DNA of 37,844 nt from an uncultured Oceanibium sp. (lineage in GTDB: Bacteria > Pseudomonadota > Alphaproteobacteria > Rhodobacterales > Rhodobacteraceae). The number at the start of each line of letters is the position of its first letter. Position 1 is the stretch's first letter. The position numbers were made by a program, and so were the translations under genes. The notes under the pieces are model-generated. The model was not told the DNA's origin. It saw nothing but the letters and a program-made list of their open reading frames with translations, and ran no database searches. Below, one piece after another: positions 15,969-24,233 of this stretch. Location: assembly GCA_964459085.1 (NCBI GenBank), contig CAYWND010000001.1:1-37844 (forward strand), read 5' to 3'.

Positions 15969-16239
15969 CTAAGCCATTGATACAACAGGGCAAAATCACT
16001 GTCGGTCTGCTGATCGGAAATCAGTTGCCCCACCCCCCCAAATCGCGCCTGGCAGGCTGTCTCGCGCGAGGGACAGGGGGGGGGACCGATCGGGCCTCGC
16101 CCCCTCTGCCCCCCGCACAGAGGCCATACCGACTTTTGGGGAGGGCCTGCTGATGGCCAGTTGGGCGCCGCAACTGGGTTCCGCCGTCTGGGGTTGGGGG
16201 TTTGGGCTGGCAGTTGCCCTAAGCGCCCCGCGTCAGGGT

Positions 16240-17916
16240 ATGGGTGGTGGTGCTGTCGAACAGGTCTATGCCACCCATGAGGCGGGGCATGTGTTCGATC
16301 TCCAGAGTTCGGATTTCGCGACCGGTGATGATCTGCCCCACGAGGAAAGCCTAAGCTTCCCGGGTCCGGTTTCGCAAGCGTTTTATCTGGACGATGCCCG
16401 GATCTGCGGGATCCAGGGGCCGGTGGGCGGTGGGAAAACAACCACCCTGCTCTACAAGGCGCTGCGTCGGGCGCGCATGATGCCCAGGTCGGTGATCGAC
16501 GGCCGGCGGCACTACAAGCTGGTGGCCGTGCGCCACACCTATCGGCAGCTGTGGACCACGACGATCCCGTCCTACCTCAAGGTCTTCTCGCGCGAGCTCG
16601 GGGATTGGTCGGGCGGGCGCGGAAACCCGGTCACGCACACCATCATCTTCAACGATGACTATGGCGAGATCGTCTTCACGGTCGAGTTTCTGGCCTTCGG
16701 CGACGATGTCGTCAATTCGATGCGCGGGATCGAGTGCACGGACATGTGGCTGAGCGAGGCCGATACGATGCCCAGCGAGGTCGTGACCAACGGCATTACC
16801 AGGGTCAACCGCTGGCCGGACAAGAAGCACTGGGTCGGCTATCCGATCGCGCTGCAGAGCTACAGCCAGATCATGTGCGATTTCAACGCGCCCGAAGACG
16901 AGGACAACTATACCTATCGGGTGTTCCATGACGCTGAGGAGCGAAAAAAAGTCGAGCGCGAGATCAACCGGCAAATGCCCGAAGGGGCCGAGCCGATCCG
17001 GATTACCTTCCACAATCAGCCAGGCGCGCGCGAACCAGGCGCTGAAAACCTGCACAACCTGAAACCGGGCTACTACGAGGCCCAGGTCGCGCTGATGAAG
17101 CTTGAAGGCCGCGGCGATCAGATCGCGCGCCTGGTCGATAACAAGATCACCCCGCAGAAGGTCGGGGATCCCGTGTTCCGGCGGGAGTGGAACCGGGCGA
17201 TCCATGTGGCTGGCGCTGATTTCGCGCCGGATCCGGCGCGATCGCTGCTGATCGGGCTGGATCAGGGGCTGTTGGGCGCGGCTGTGATCGCCCAGTTCGA
17301 GCCTCCGATGCACTGGTCGATATTTGCCGAGATGATGTTCCCGTCCGAGCGGCTGCTGGCGCGGGAATTTGGGGCCCGGCTGTCAGATCTGCTGGATGAG
17401 CTCTTTCCGGGGTTTCATGTCGAGGGTGCCTGGGCGGACATGGCCGGCGAGCATGGATCGTCCACCTCTGCCGACGAAAACGATACCTGGAACCGGCTGG
17501 TGGCCAAGACGGCCGGGATCCGGGTGCGGCCGCAGCGGATCGGCACGAACCGGATCCAGCCGCGCCTTGAGGCGGTGCGCGCGCCGCTCGAGTACATCCA
17601 TGCCGGCAAGCCCGGGTTCCAGGTGCACCCGCGCTGCAAGTATCTGATCCGCGGGATGGAAGCCCGGTACGTCTGGACCGAGGAGATCAACCGCCGCGGC
17701 GACAAGGTGAAAGTCCCCGAAAAGCAGTATGTCGAGGCGAACGTCCTCGATGCCACCCAGTATCTGCTGCTGAGCAAGGTGCGCGGCGACGGCACCAGCC
17801 CGGGCAGCTTCACCCGACCTGTAATTTCGGCGCCCCGTGGCGCGCCGCCGGCCAAGCTGCCGGATCCCTACCGCCACGACATCCTGAACCCCTATGGAGG
17901 ACAACATGACTGGTAA
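16240..17916 (+). CDS. terL: Terminase large subunit (start uncertain: 16153, 16240 or GTG 16291)
   Basis: GPVGGGKTT Walker A, RHTYRQL..TTIPS, MWLSEA Walker B, DFNAP, IGLDQG nuclease Asp, NVLDATQY. Confidence 0.9.
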   Translation: MGGGAVEQVYATHEAGHVFDLQSSDFATGDDLPHEESLSFPGPVSQAFYLDDARICGIQGPVGGGKTTTLLYKALRRARMMPRSVIDGRRHYKLVAVRHTYRQLWTTTIPSYLKVFSRELGDWSGGRGNPVTHTIIFNDDYGEIVFTVEFLAFGDDVVNSMRGIECTDMWLSEADTMPSEVVTNGITRVNRWPDKKHWVGYPIALQSYSQIMCDFNAPEDEDNYTYRVFHDAEERKKVEREINRQMPEGAEPIRITFHNQPGAREPGAENLHNLKPGYYEAQVALMKLEGRGDQIARLVDNKITPQKVGDPVFRREWNRAIHVAGADFAPDPARSLLIGLDQGLLGAAVIAQFEPPMHWSIFAEMMFPSERLLAREFGARLSDLLDELFPGFHVEGAWADMAGEHGSSTSADENDTWNRLVAKTAGIRVRPQRIGTNRIQPRLEAVRAPLEYIHAGKPGFQVHPRCKYLIRGMEARYVWTEEINRRGDKVKVPEKQYVEANVLDATQYLLLSKVRGDGTSPGSFTRPVISAPRGAPPAKLPDPYRHDILNPYGGQHDW

Positions 17917-18292
17917 AAAACACACCGTGGCATCCCTGGCGGCGCGTATCGCTATGATGGAAGCGCAGCTGGAGAGCATAGGCGCACCGTCGGTGGCCGT
18001 TGAGGCCGCACCCGCCGTCGGCGAGCTCGAGGAGTATGACCCGGGCAAACTCGAGGCGGCAATCCAGGTGATCGATGCGGGGATCCATGGCAACATCGAT
18101 GCGCTGGCAGAGCAGCTGCAAGGCGATTTCGGCCTCGAGCATGACTTCAACCCGGAAACGGGCCAGGCCGATAACCCGTGGATCACAGTCAAGATGCTGG
18201 GGCTCGAGGCGCAGGGGCTGAAAACGCTCTATGGCGCGATCGACAACTGGCGGAAGTGCGCCCGTCGGACCCTTTCGGCGATCGCGGCTTAG
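17906..18292 (+). CDS. Hypothetical protein
   Basis: GGAGG RBS, ATG 17906, 128 aa. Confidence 0.65.
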   Translation: MTGKKHTVASLAARIAMMEAQLESIGAPSVAVEAAPAVGELEEYDPGKLEAAIQVIDAGIHGNIDALAEQLQGDFGLEHDFNPETGQADNPWITVKMLGLEAQGLKTLYGAIDNWRKCARRTLSAIAA

Positions 18293-18299
18293 CCAACGG

Positions 18300-18824
18300 A
18301 TGCGCGACAGGATCTATATCGGCCGGTTCGACCAGAGCGACGCGCTGCGCATCTTTCGCAACCTCGATCATGAAGACATGATGGAGGTGATCGTGATGCG
18401 CGGCGAGCCGTATGACCCGTTGGGTCAGCTGGTCGAATGGTCGCTGGCCGCACAGGTGTCGATCTCCAGCCATGTCGCATCCATTCAGCGCGGCGGCCGG
18501 CTGGTGCCCTTCGCGGTCATGAACCTGGCGCGCACTGGCCATCCCGCTGTCGCTGAGGCGGCGTTTCTGAGCTGTTCGCACCGGGCTTTTGCATGGCCGC
18601 TGCGGCGCCTGGCGCTGCAGATCCGGGACGAGCTGCCCGGGCTGGCCGAACGGCAAGGGCTTACACGCATCGAGGCGCGCTGCGCCATGCATCACCCCAC
18701 GGCCGAGCGGTTGCTGTCGGCCCTGGGATTTCGCCGCGAGGCCGAGTTGCCCGGGTACCGGCGAGAGACCTGCCTTCAATACGCCTGGACAGCCCAGGCC
18801 ACCCCCAGTTCAGAGGACAATTGA
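18300..18824 (+). CDS. GNAT-fold (acetyltransferase-like) phage protein
   Basis: GLTRIEARC...HPTAERLLSALGFRREAELPGY C-terminal GNAT signature. Confidence 0.7.
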   Translation: MRDRIYIGRFDQSDALRIFRNLDHEDMMEVIVMRGEPYDPLGQLVEWSLAAQVSISSHVASIQRGGRLVPFAVMNLARTGHPAVAEAAFLSCSHRAFAWPLRRLALQIRDELPGLAERQGLTRIEARCAMHHPTAERLLSALGFRREAELPGYRRETCLQYAWTAQATPSSEDN

Positions 18825-18825
18825 C

Positions 18826-19011
18826 ATGGGAGTTTTTAGCAAACCCAAGGCGCAGCCTGCGGCGCTGATCCCTGCCGGTGACGCAGGTCAAGCGCAGCGC
18901 CAGGCGGGCCTTGAGGCCGCACTGCGCCGCCGGCGGCGCGGTGTTGCCGCCGACATCCTGACATCGCCTGTCGGGATCCCTGCGCAGTCCAAGATGGGGG
19001 AGACGTCCTGA
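18826..19011 (+). CDS. Small virion/assembly protein preceding portal
   Basis: GAGG RBS; MG.FSKPK..P...RRRG.AADILTS pattern typical of the pre-portal gene in T7/BPP-1-like podoviruses. Confidence 0.7.
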   Translation: MGVFSKPKAQPAALIPAGDAGQAQRQAGLEAALRRRRRGVAADILTSPVGIPAQSKMGETS

Positions 19012-20648
19012 TGCCCGCGCTCCTGCAACACGAGGCCGCGAAGCTGGCGCAGGAGCGCTGGCAGGACGGCAAGAACGAACGATCCCACCATGAGCAGGAC
19101 TGGGAGGAGCTGGCCGTCTACATGCGCGGTCCCAGCCGCGGCGGCTTTGTCTCGGCCGAGCCTGGGCGGGATCGAAACATCAAGGCTCTGACCAGTGCGC
19201 CGATCATCGCCCAGATGAACTTTTCGGCCGGCCTCTATGGCACGCTGGTCAATCCGGCCAACAAATGGATGGGCCTCGAGCTGGGCGGCTATGGGTCCGA
19301 CAAATCGCAGGACGTGCGCGAATGGGAGGCCCTGGCCTCGCGGGTGATCCTGAACAGCTTCAAGCCGGCGATCTCGCCCTTCTACAGCCAGGTGATGCCG
19401 CTTTTTCACGACATCTCGACCTTTGGTAACGCCTGCGACTATGACGAGCTCGAGCCCGGAACGCGTCGGATCATGGATGTGACGCTGAGCTTGGCCGAGG
19501 TGGTGTATTTCATCGATGCCTTTGGCCGGGTGGTCGAGCTGGTGCGCCGCATGATGCTGAAACCGGCCCAGGCGGCCGATTGGATGGGTTACGAGAACCT
19601 GCCGCCCAAGCTGCAGGAGAAGGCCCAGGCCCGATCGCAGGACAAGCACGCGTTTTTCCAGCATGTCGGCCGCAATCGCGAGTACGAAGCGCGCGCCCTG
19701 GGGCCTAATGGTCGGCGCTATTTCAGCCGGATCTGCACCGAGGTCGAGAACGCCCTGATCCGGACACGGGGTTATGACGAAATGCCGTTCCGGACGCCGC
19801 GCTGGGACGTCGATACCGGCCAGACCTATGGCTATGGACCCGGGTCGGTCGCCCTGCCCGATGGGCGGATCGCGACGCGGATGGACGATGCCGTGATCCG
19901 CAGCGCGCAGTTCAATGCGGATCCCGTAAAGCTGGCCCCCGATCGCGAGGTTTGGCCGCATACCGGCGTCTGGCGCCCGGGCTCGACCATTTATGGCGCG
20001 GTCAACGCCCAGGGCAACGCGATGATCCGCACGATCGAGAAATCGCCAGGGGTCGGGCTGACCCAGGAGCAGTATGCGCAGCGGATCGAGAACGTGAAGG
20101 ATGCGTTTTTCTCGAACCTCATGCAGCTGGCCGGCCGGTCAGGCATGTCAGCCACGGAAGTGATCGAACGGCAGGAGGAAAAGCTGCGCCTGATGGCCCC
20201 CAATATCGGGCGGATCCAGGACGAGTACCTATCGCCCAAGATCGCGCGACGGTTCCAGCTGCTGTGGCGTGCCGGGCAGATCCCGCCACCACCCGAGGGG
20301 GCGAAGGGCCGGCCGATGAACATCGTTTATCAATCCGGCGCGTCGATGGCACAGAAATCGGCCGAGGGTGCCGCCCTGTCGCGTCTGCTGCAGGATGTGA
20401 CGCCGCTGGTGCAGATGGATCCCGAAGGCAAGGGGCGCAGGATCCTGGATCGGATCAACGCAGACGACATGCTCGAGGCCTTCCAGGAGGCGCGTGGCGC
20501 GGATCCACGTGTCCTGCGATCGCGCCAGGACGCCGACCAGGCCGCCGAGGCGCGCCAGCCGCAGCAAGATCTGGCGGCCGGCATCGATCTGGCCCAGGGC
20601 GGTGCCCGGGCGCTGCGCGATGTGGCGGCTGCGGAGGCGGCGGCATGA
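19011..20648 (+). CDS. Portal protein (T7 gp8-like head-tail connector)
   Basis: 545 aa; WEELA.Y, FGNAC, PRW....GQTYGYGPG..ALPD, MSATEVIERQEEK. Confidence 0.92.
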   Translation: MPALLQHEAAKLAQERWQDGKNERSHHEQDWEELAVYMRGPSRGGFVSAEPGRDRNIKALTSAPIIAQMNFSAGLYGTLVNPANKWMGLELGGYGSDKSQDVREWEALASRVILNSFKPAISPFYSQVMPLFHDISTFGNACDYDELEPGTRRIMDVTLSLAEVVYFIDAFGRVVELVRRMMLKPAQAADWMGYENLPPKLQEKAQARSQDKHAFFQHVGRNREYEARALGPNGRRYFSRICTEVENALIRTRGYDEMPFRTPRWDVDTGQTYGYGPGSVALPDGRIATRMDDAVIRSAQFNADPVKLAPDREVWPHTGVWRPGSTIYGAVNAQGNAMIRTIEKSPGVGLTQEQYAQRIENVKDAFFSNLMQLAGRSGMSATEVIERQEEKLRLMAPNIGRIQDEYLSPKIARRFQLLWRAGQIPPPPEGAKGRPMNIVYQSGASMAQKSAEGAALSRLLQDVTPLVQMDPEGKGRRILDRINADDMLEAFQEARGADPRVLRSRQDADQAAEARQPQQDLAAGIDLAQGGARALRDVAAAEAAA

Positions 20649-20899
20649 CAGTCGATCCGTTTGAGCGCTATGGCCAGGCCCTGCGGGAAAAGTTTGGGCT
20701 GCCTGCGGGTTGGCTTGCCGTGGCTTTCCATGTGGTGCCCGGCAAGGGGCTGGTCATTCGTGGAGCGGTCTGTCCCACAATTCAGATTGGGGTTCGGACG
20801 GGTCAGCCCAACTGGGATGCCCGGGATCGATCCACGGAATTTCTGGGCGCACTGAACAGGCAAGATCTGCAGAAACTGATGACGGAGGTGCCGGCATGA
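20645..20899 (+). CDS. Hypothetical protein inserted after portal
   Basis: GGAGG RBS, ATG 20645, ATGA coupling at both ends, 84 aa. Confidence 0.6.
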   Translation: MTVDPFERYGQALREKFGLPAGWLAVAFHVVPGKGLVIRGAVCPTIQIGVRTGQPNWDARDRSTEFLGALNRQDLQKLMTEVPA

Positions 20900-21204
20900 T
20901 CTTTGCCCGGGCGGGCATCGTGTTTCGCCGGGCGACGGACCGTGGTGTCCGCCGCCTGGCATCGAAGCGAGCGCGGCGCTGGAACAAGGCAGTGGCGGCC
21001 GAACCGCTGCTTGCCGAGGATCTGATCGAAATGGGCAATGTGCTGAGCATGGCGCCCGTGGATCAGACCGACCGCGTGCAGATGACAGAAATCCAGATGG
21101 CCTATGACATGGGCCGTCGCGACCTGGCGCTGGAGATCCTGGCGCATATGAAGATCAGCGTTTTCGAGCTGAGCAATATGATGGAGAACGACGATGACGA
21201 TTGA
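20896..21204 (+). CDS. Bbp19-like head morphogenesis-region protein
   Basis: GGAGG RBS; MAYDMGRRDLALEI motif; position between portal and scaffold. Confidence 0.65.
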   Translation: MIFARAGIVFRRATDRGVRRLASKRARRWNKAVAAEPLLAEDLIEMGNVLSMAPVDQTDRVQMTEIQMAYDMGRRDLALEILAHMKISVFELSNMMENDDDD

Positions 21205-22177
21205 GCAGTATCTGTGGCAGTTTCGGCCGTTTTGGGCCCCAGCCGGCGACCCGCCGCCTGCAGACCCGCCGCCTGCAGATCCTCCCGCGGATCCGCCGCC
21301 TGCGGACCCCCCTGCAGACCCGCCGCCTGCTGATCCGCCGGCTGGTGCCTGGTGGGACGGCGAGGCCTTCAAGGAGGTGCGCGATCATGTCGTCAAATCC
21401 GGGCTGACCACCGAAGACCGGGACGATGCGCTCCTGAAAGCCATCACAATGCACAAGGGCGCCGAGACCATGCTGGGCGGCAAGGCCGAGGGCCTACTGC
21501 AGAAGCCTAAGGATGGCCAGGATCTGGGCGAGTATTTGCGCGCGAATGCTGAGACCTTTGGGATCCCTGAAAGTGCCGAGGCCTATGATCTGGGGATCGA
21601 CACTGAAAACCTGCCTGCGGGTGTCGGGTACGATGCCAAGCTGGACGGTGCGGTGCGCGAGGTTGCCTTCCAGCACGGGATTGGAAATTCCGCGCTGAAA
21701 GCGCTTGCCGGCGCATATACCGAGCACCTGGCCAAAGTCGAGGACGGGATCAACACCGAATATTCCAATGCCAAAGCCGAGCTTGACCAGAAGCTGCAGG
21801 CCGATTGGGGCGATCAGTACAACGCCAAGGTCAACCTGGCACAGCGCGCGGCCCAGTTCATCGGTGAGAAGGCGGGCCTGGATAGTGCTGGGCTCGAGTT
21901 GGCGTCGCAAGCCCTGGCCGCCAAGGGGGGCGATGCCTCGACGCTGCGGATGTTCGCGGCGATCGGCGAGATGCTGGGCGAGGACACGCTGATTACCGGC
22001 GGCGCACCCCAGCACTTGGGTGGCATGACACCGGCCGAAGCCAAGGCCGAGCTGGAGCGCTTCATCAGCGCCGATGGCGACTACGGCAAGGCCGCGGCGC
22101 GAAACGACAAGAAAGAGTTGGCGCGCCTCGATCCCAAACGCGAGCAGTTGATCCGGCTGGCATCACAGGCGGCGTAG
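21194..22177 (+). CDS. Capsid scaffolding/assembly protein
   Basis: Pro-rich N-terminus, PESAEAY, LQADWGDQY, IGEMLGED, TPAEAKAE; upstream of capsid gene. Confidence 0.8.
   Translation: MTIEQYLWQFRPFWAPAGDPPPADPPPADPPADPPPADPPADPPPADPPAGAWWDGEAFKEVRDHVVKSGLTTEDRDDALLKAITMHKGAETMLGGKAEGLLQKPKDGQDLGEYLRANAETFGIPESAEAYDLGIDTENLPAGVGYDAKLDGAVREVAFQHGIGNSALKALAGAYTEHLAKVEDGINTEYSNAKAELDQKLQADWGDQYNAKVNLAQRAAQFIGEKAGLDSAGLELASQALAAKGGDASTLRMFAAIGEMLGEDTLITGGAPQHLGGMTPAEAKAELERFISADGDYGKAAARNDKKELARLDPKREQLIRLASQAA
21248..21343 (+). repeat. Coding tandem repeat (DPPPA/DPPA) x7
   Basis: 12/15-bp degenerate units in the scaffold N-terminus. Confidence 0.85.
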
Positions 22178-22210
22178 CGCCGCCGGCCTTACCGCTCAGG
22201 CAGAACGGGA

Positions 22211-22237
22211 AGTGCGCGGTCCAGGCCGCGCATTTTT
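22211..22237 (+). terminator. Rho-independent terminator after scaffold gene
   Basis: AGTGCGCGGT-CCAG-GCCGCGCATT stem running into TTTTT. Confidence 0.7.
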
Positions 22238-22271
22238 CGTGGTGGTATCGGGATCCGCCAGTGAAAGTCCC

Positions 22272-22418
22272 CTAATCGGGGTCCTTGGGAGGCCGCCTGT
22301 CCGCTTGGTCCTTTTTGACCTGGCAGTAAATCAGATAGGACACGGCCAGCGCTGCTAGAGCGGCGACCATTTCGAAGAAGTTGGTGAGGACGGGGAGGTG
22401 TTCAAAGATCCACTGCAT
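22272..22418 (-). CDS. 48-aa single-TM small protein (moron; not in the ORF track)
   Basis: MQWIFEHLPVLTNFFEMVAALAALAVSYLIYCQVKKDQADRRPPKDPD*; GAGAAGG upstream; fills an otherwise empty intergenic gap. Confidence 0.6.
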   Translation of the reverse strand: MQWIFEHLPVLTNFFEMVAALAALAVSYLIYCQVKKDQADRRPPKDPD

Positions 22419-22604
22419 CGGGTGCGGTGCCTTCTCTTGCTAGGGTTGTGTGGTGATTTCATCGAGCTTCTCCAGAGTTATGGTATGTACGCATGAATGC
22501 ATGGTAGGGGATGTACGCATGTTCTGGCTTGCCTGCTGGCCGGCCGTTTAGTGGGTAAAATATAGGGGCCGCGGCGGTCCTGCTCAAGAGCGACCCAAAT
22601 TTTC

Positions 22605-22633
22605 TTGACAAGATCTAGCGGCGCGCCCATCCT
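22605..22633 (+). promoter_or_regulatory. Sigma70-type promoter for the capsid gene
   Basis: TTGACA-N17-CATCCT preceded by an A/T tract. Confidence 0.6.
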
Positions 22634-22643
22634 GCCGCGCAAC

Positions 22644-22780
22644 ACCGGGTAGTCCGACATAGGGTCCGGTTGACCGCCCGAACAGGGGGCCGTTTAGCTG
22701 GCGTAACCAGCAGGGCGGGTCCGGCTCGAGCGGGTAGTCCTTCCGAAAACTCATCGACATCGTTGTTTTTTCTGGAGGGC
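22644..22780 (+). ncRNA. Candidate cis-regulatory RNA in the capsid 5' leader
   Basis: Two copies of a GGG-UAG-UCC/GGGUCC bulged helix and an anti-SD stem 22737-22749/22768-22780. Confidence 0.6.
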
Positions 22781-22783
22781 ATA

Positions 22784-23695
22784 ATGCTCGACGTCCTGGT
22801 GGAACAGCACCACAAACTGTCCTTTTCGGCATCCGTCGATCTGGCAAACCAGCAGCTTGGATCCAAGCTGCGCATGTACTTCGATGAAAAGGCCTGCAGC
22901 GGCGAAGCGCAGACCGCATCGGAGATCATCGAAACGATCGAGGCGCAGCGGTCCACGGGCCGGCCGCGGTCGAACATCGAAAACGTGGCCAAGCGCACGC
23001 GGCGCTGGCTGATCTGGCGCGACGAGATCAAGTCGGGTCAGTATTTCGACAAGGAAGACAGCTTCCGGCAGATCGATCGCCACGACAGCGAGGTCGTCCG
23101 CGGCCACACGGCAGGCGTCAATCGTTGGGTCGATCGGATCTGCCTCGGCATGGATGCTGACGGCAACATCGATGCCGGCGGACTGCTGGGTCCGGTCAGC
23201 GAGGGCAAGCGGCCCGAGACCGGCACCGTTGCATTGCCGGCCGCCAACACGACTGACCATGGCGGCACCGGCATGACGATCGCGAAGCTGCGCGCTGCGC
23301 GCCTCAAGCTGGCAACGGATGAAAACGACCTGGACCGCATGACGGTCAACGTCGCCATCACCCCGAACCAGACCGACGACATCCTGGCGATCGTCGAGGC
23401 CGCGGGTAGCAACATCAACCTCCTGGATCAAGACGCCCTGAAATCGGGCCGGATCCCTGGCCTGATCGGGTTCCGGTTTGTGGAAACCAACCTGCTCTAC
23501 AAGGACGGGAACATCCGCTCCTGTCCGGTCTGGACGCAGGACCACGTCTGCCTGGGCGTCTGGGAAGACGTCAACGGCAAGATCTGGAACGACGGCAGCG
23601 CCGACAACCTGCCCTACGCCAAGGTCTGCGCGACCATGGATGCCACCCGCAAGAAGGATGAGGGCGTCCACATCCTCGAGTGCGACGAAAGCTGA
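22784..23695 (+). CDS. Major capsid protein (BPP-1 Bbp17-like)
   Basis: GGAGGG RBS, ATG 22784; QQLGSKLR, RRW, GFRFVETNLL, ATR..DEGV..LECDE; position after scaffold. Confidence 0.88.
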   Translation: MLDVLVEQHHKLSFSASVDLANQQLGSKLRMYFDEKACSGEAQTASEIIETIEAQRSTGRPRSNIENVAKRTRRWLIWRDEIKSGQYFDKEDSFRQIDRHDSEVVRGHTAGVNRWVDRICLGMDADGNIDAGGLLGPVSEGKRPETGTVALPAANTTDHGGTGMTIAKLRAARLKLATDENDLDRMTVNVAITPNQTDDILAIVEAAGSNINLLDQDALKSGRIPGLIGFRFVETNLLYKDGNIRSCPVWTQDHVCLGVWEDVNGKIWNDGSADNLPYAKVCATMDATRKKDEGVHILECDES

Positions 23696-23721
23696 TCTGA
23701 CAGCAGAAAGGAGGTCACATC

Positions 23722-24174
23722 ATGGCCATCGTCAACCAAACGTCGGATCTCTATCGCGACGAATACGGCGCGGGGCGGGTGCTGGATAGCGCCAAGGTCC
23801 GCGGCCGCAGCCGGCAGGCGACGGGGTCCGTCACCCATGCCGCAACCGACAGCGCGGGATCCAAGTATCTGCTGGCCGAGCTGCCGTCGGGCGCGATCAT
23901 GGGCGCGGCCACCGCCTTCGACGTCACCAGTCTCGGCTTTGCTGATGTGCGCATCGGGACCCACGATGATCCCGCAGCCCTGGTCAGCCAGCTGCAATCG
24001 GCCGGCAACACGATCTCGCCCTTCGCCCAGTTCGATGCCAACCACGGCAAAGAGCTGTGGGAAGTGCTGGGCCTGGCGGCAAATCCAGGCGGCATGATCC
24101 GCCTCTACTTCCACGCCAACGCGAATGCGACCGGCGCGGGATCGCTGCTGTTCGAGCTGCACTGGCTCGAGTGA
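23722..24174 (+). CDS. Capsid decoration/cement-like protein
   Basis: AGGAGG RBS; 150 aa beta-rich protein immediately after capsid gene. Confidence 0.65.
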   Translation: MAIVNQTSDLYRDEYGAGRVLDSAKVRGRSRQATGSVTHAATDSAGSKYLLAELPSGAIMGAATAFDVTSLGFADVRIGTHDDPAALVSQLQSAGNTISPFAQFDANHGKELWEVLGLAANPGGMIRLYFHANANATGAGSLLFELHWLE

Positions 24175-24182
24175 CGACGTTG

Positions 24183-24204
24183 CCGGGGCGGTACGCCGCC
24201 CCGG
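24183..24204 (+). promoter_or_regulatory. Strong UACG-tetraloop hairpin between head and tail genes
   Basis: CCGGGGCGG-TACG-CCGCCCCGG, no U-tract; attenuator or mRNA stabiliser candidate. Confidence 0.5.
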
Positions 24205-24233
24205 TCCCCGATCGGTGACGGGAGAGTTGCGCT

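Noticed and set aside
15965-16153. 62-aa ORF between terS and terL
   Set aside because: Low-complexity translation of G/C runs with no motif; more likely cis-acting DNA, although ATGA overlap means it cannot be fully excluded
22670-22783. 38-aa N-terminal extension of the capsid protein from the ORF track
   Set aside because: A strong SD precedes ATG 22784 and the extension coincides with the structured leader
23670-23722. T7 10A/10B-type capsid frameshift extension
   Set aside because: No slippery heptamer at the capsid 3' end; the next gene has its own AGGAGG RBS
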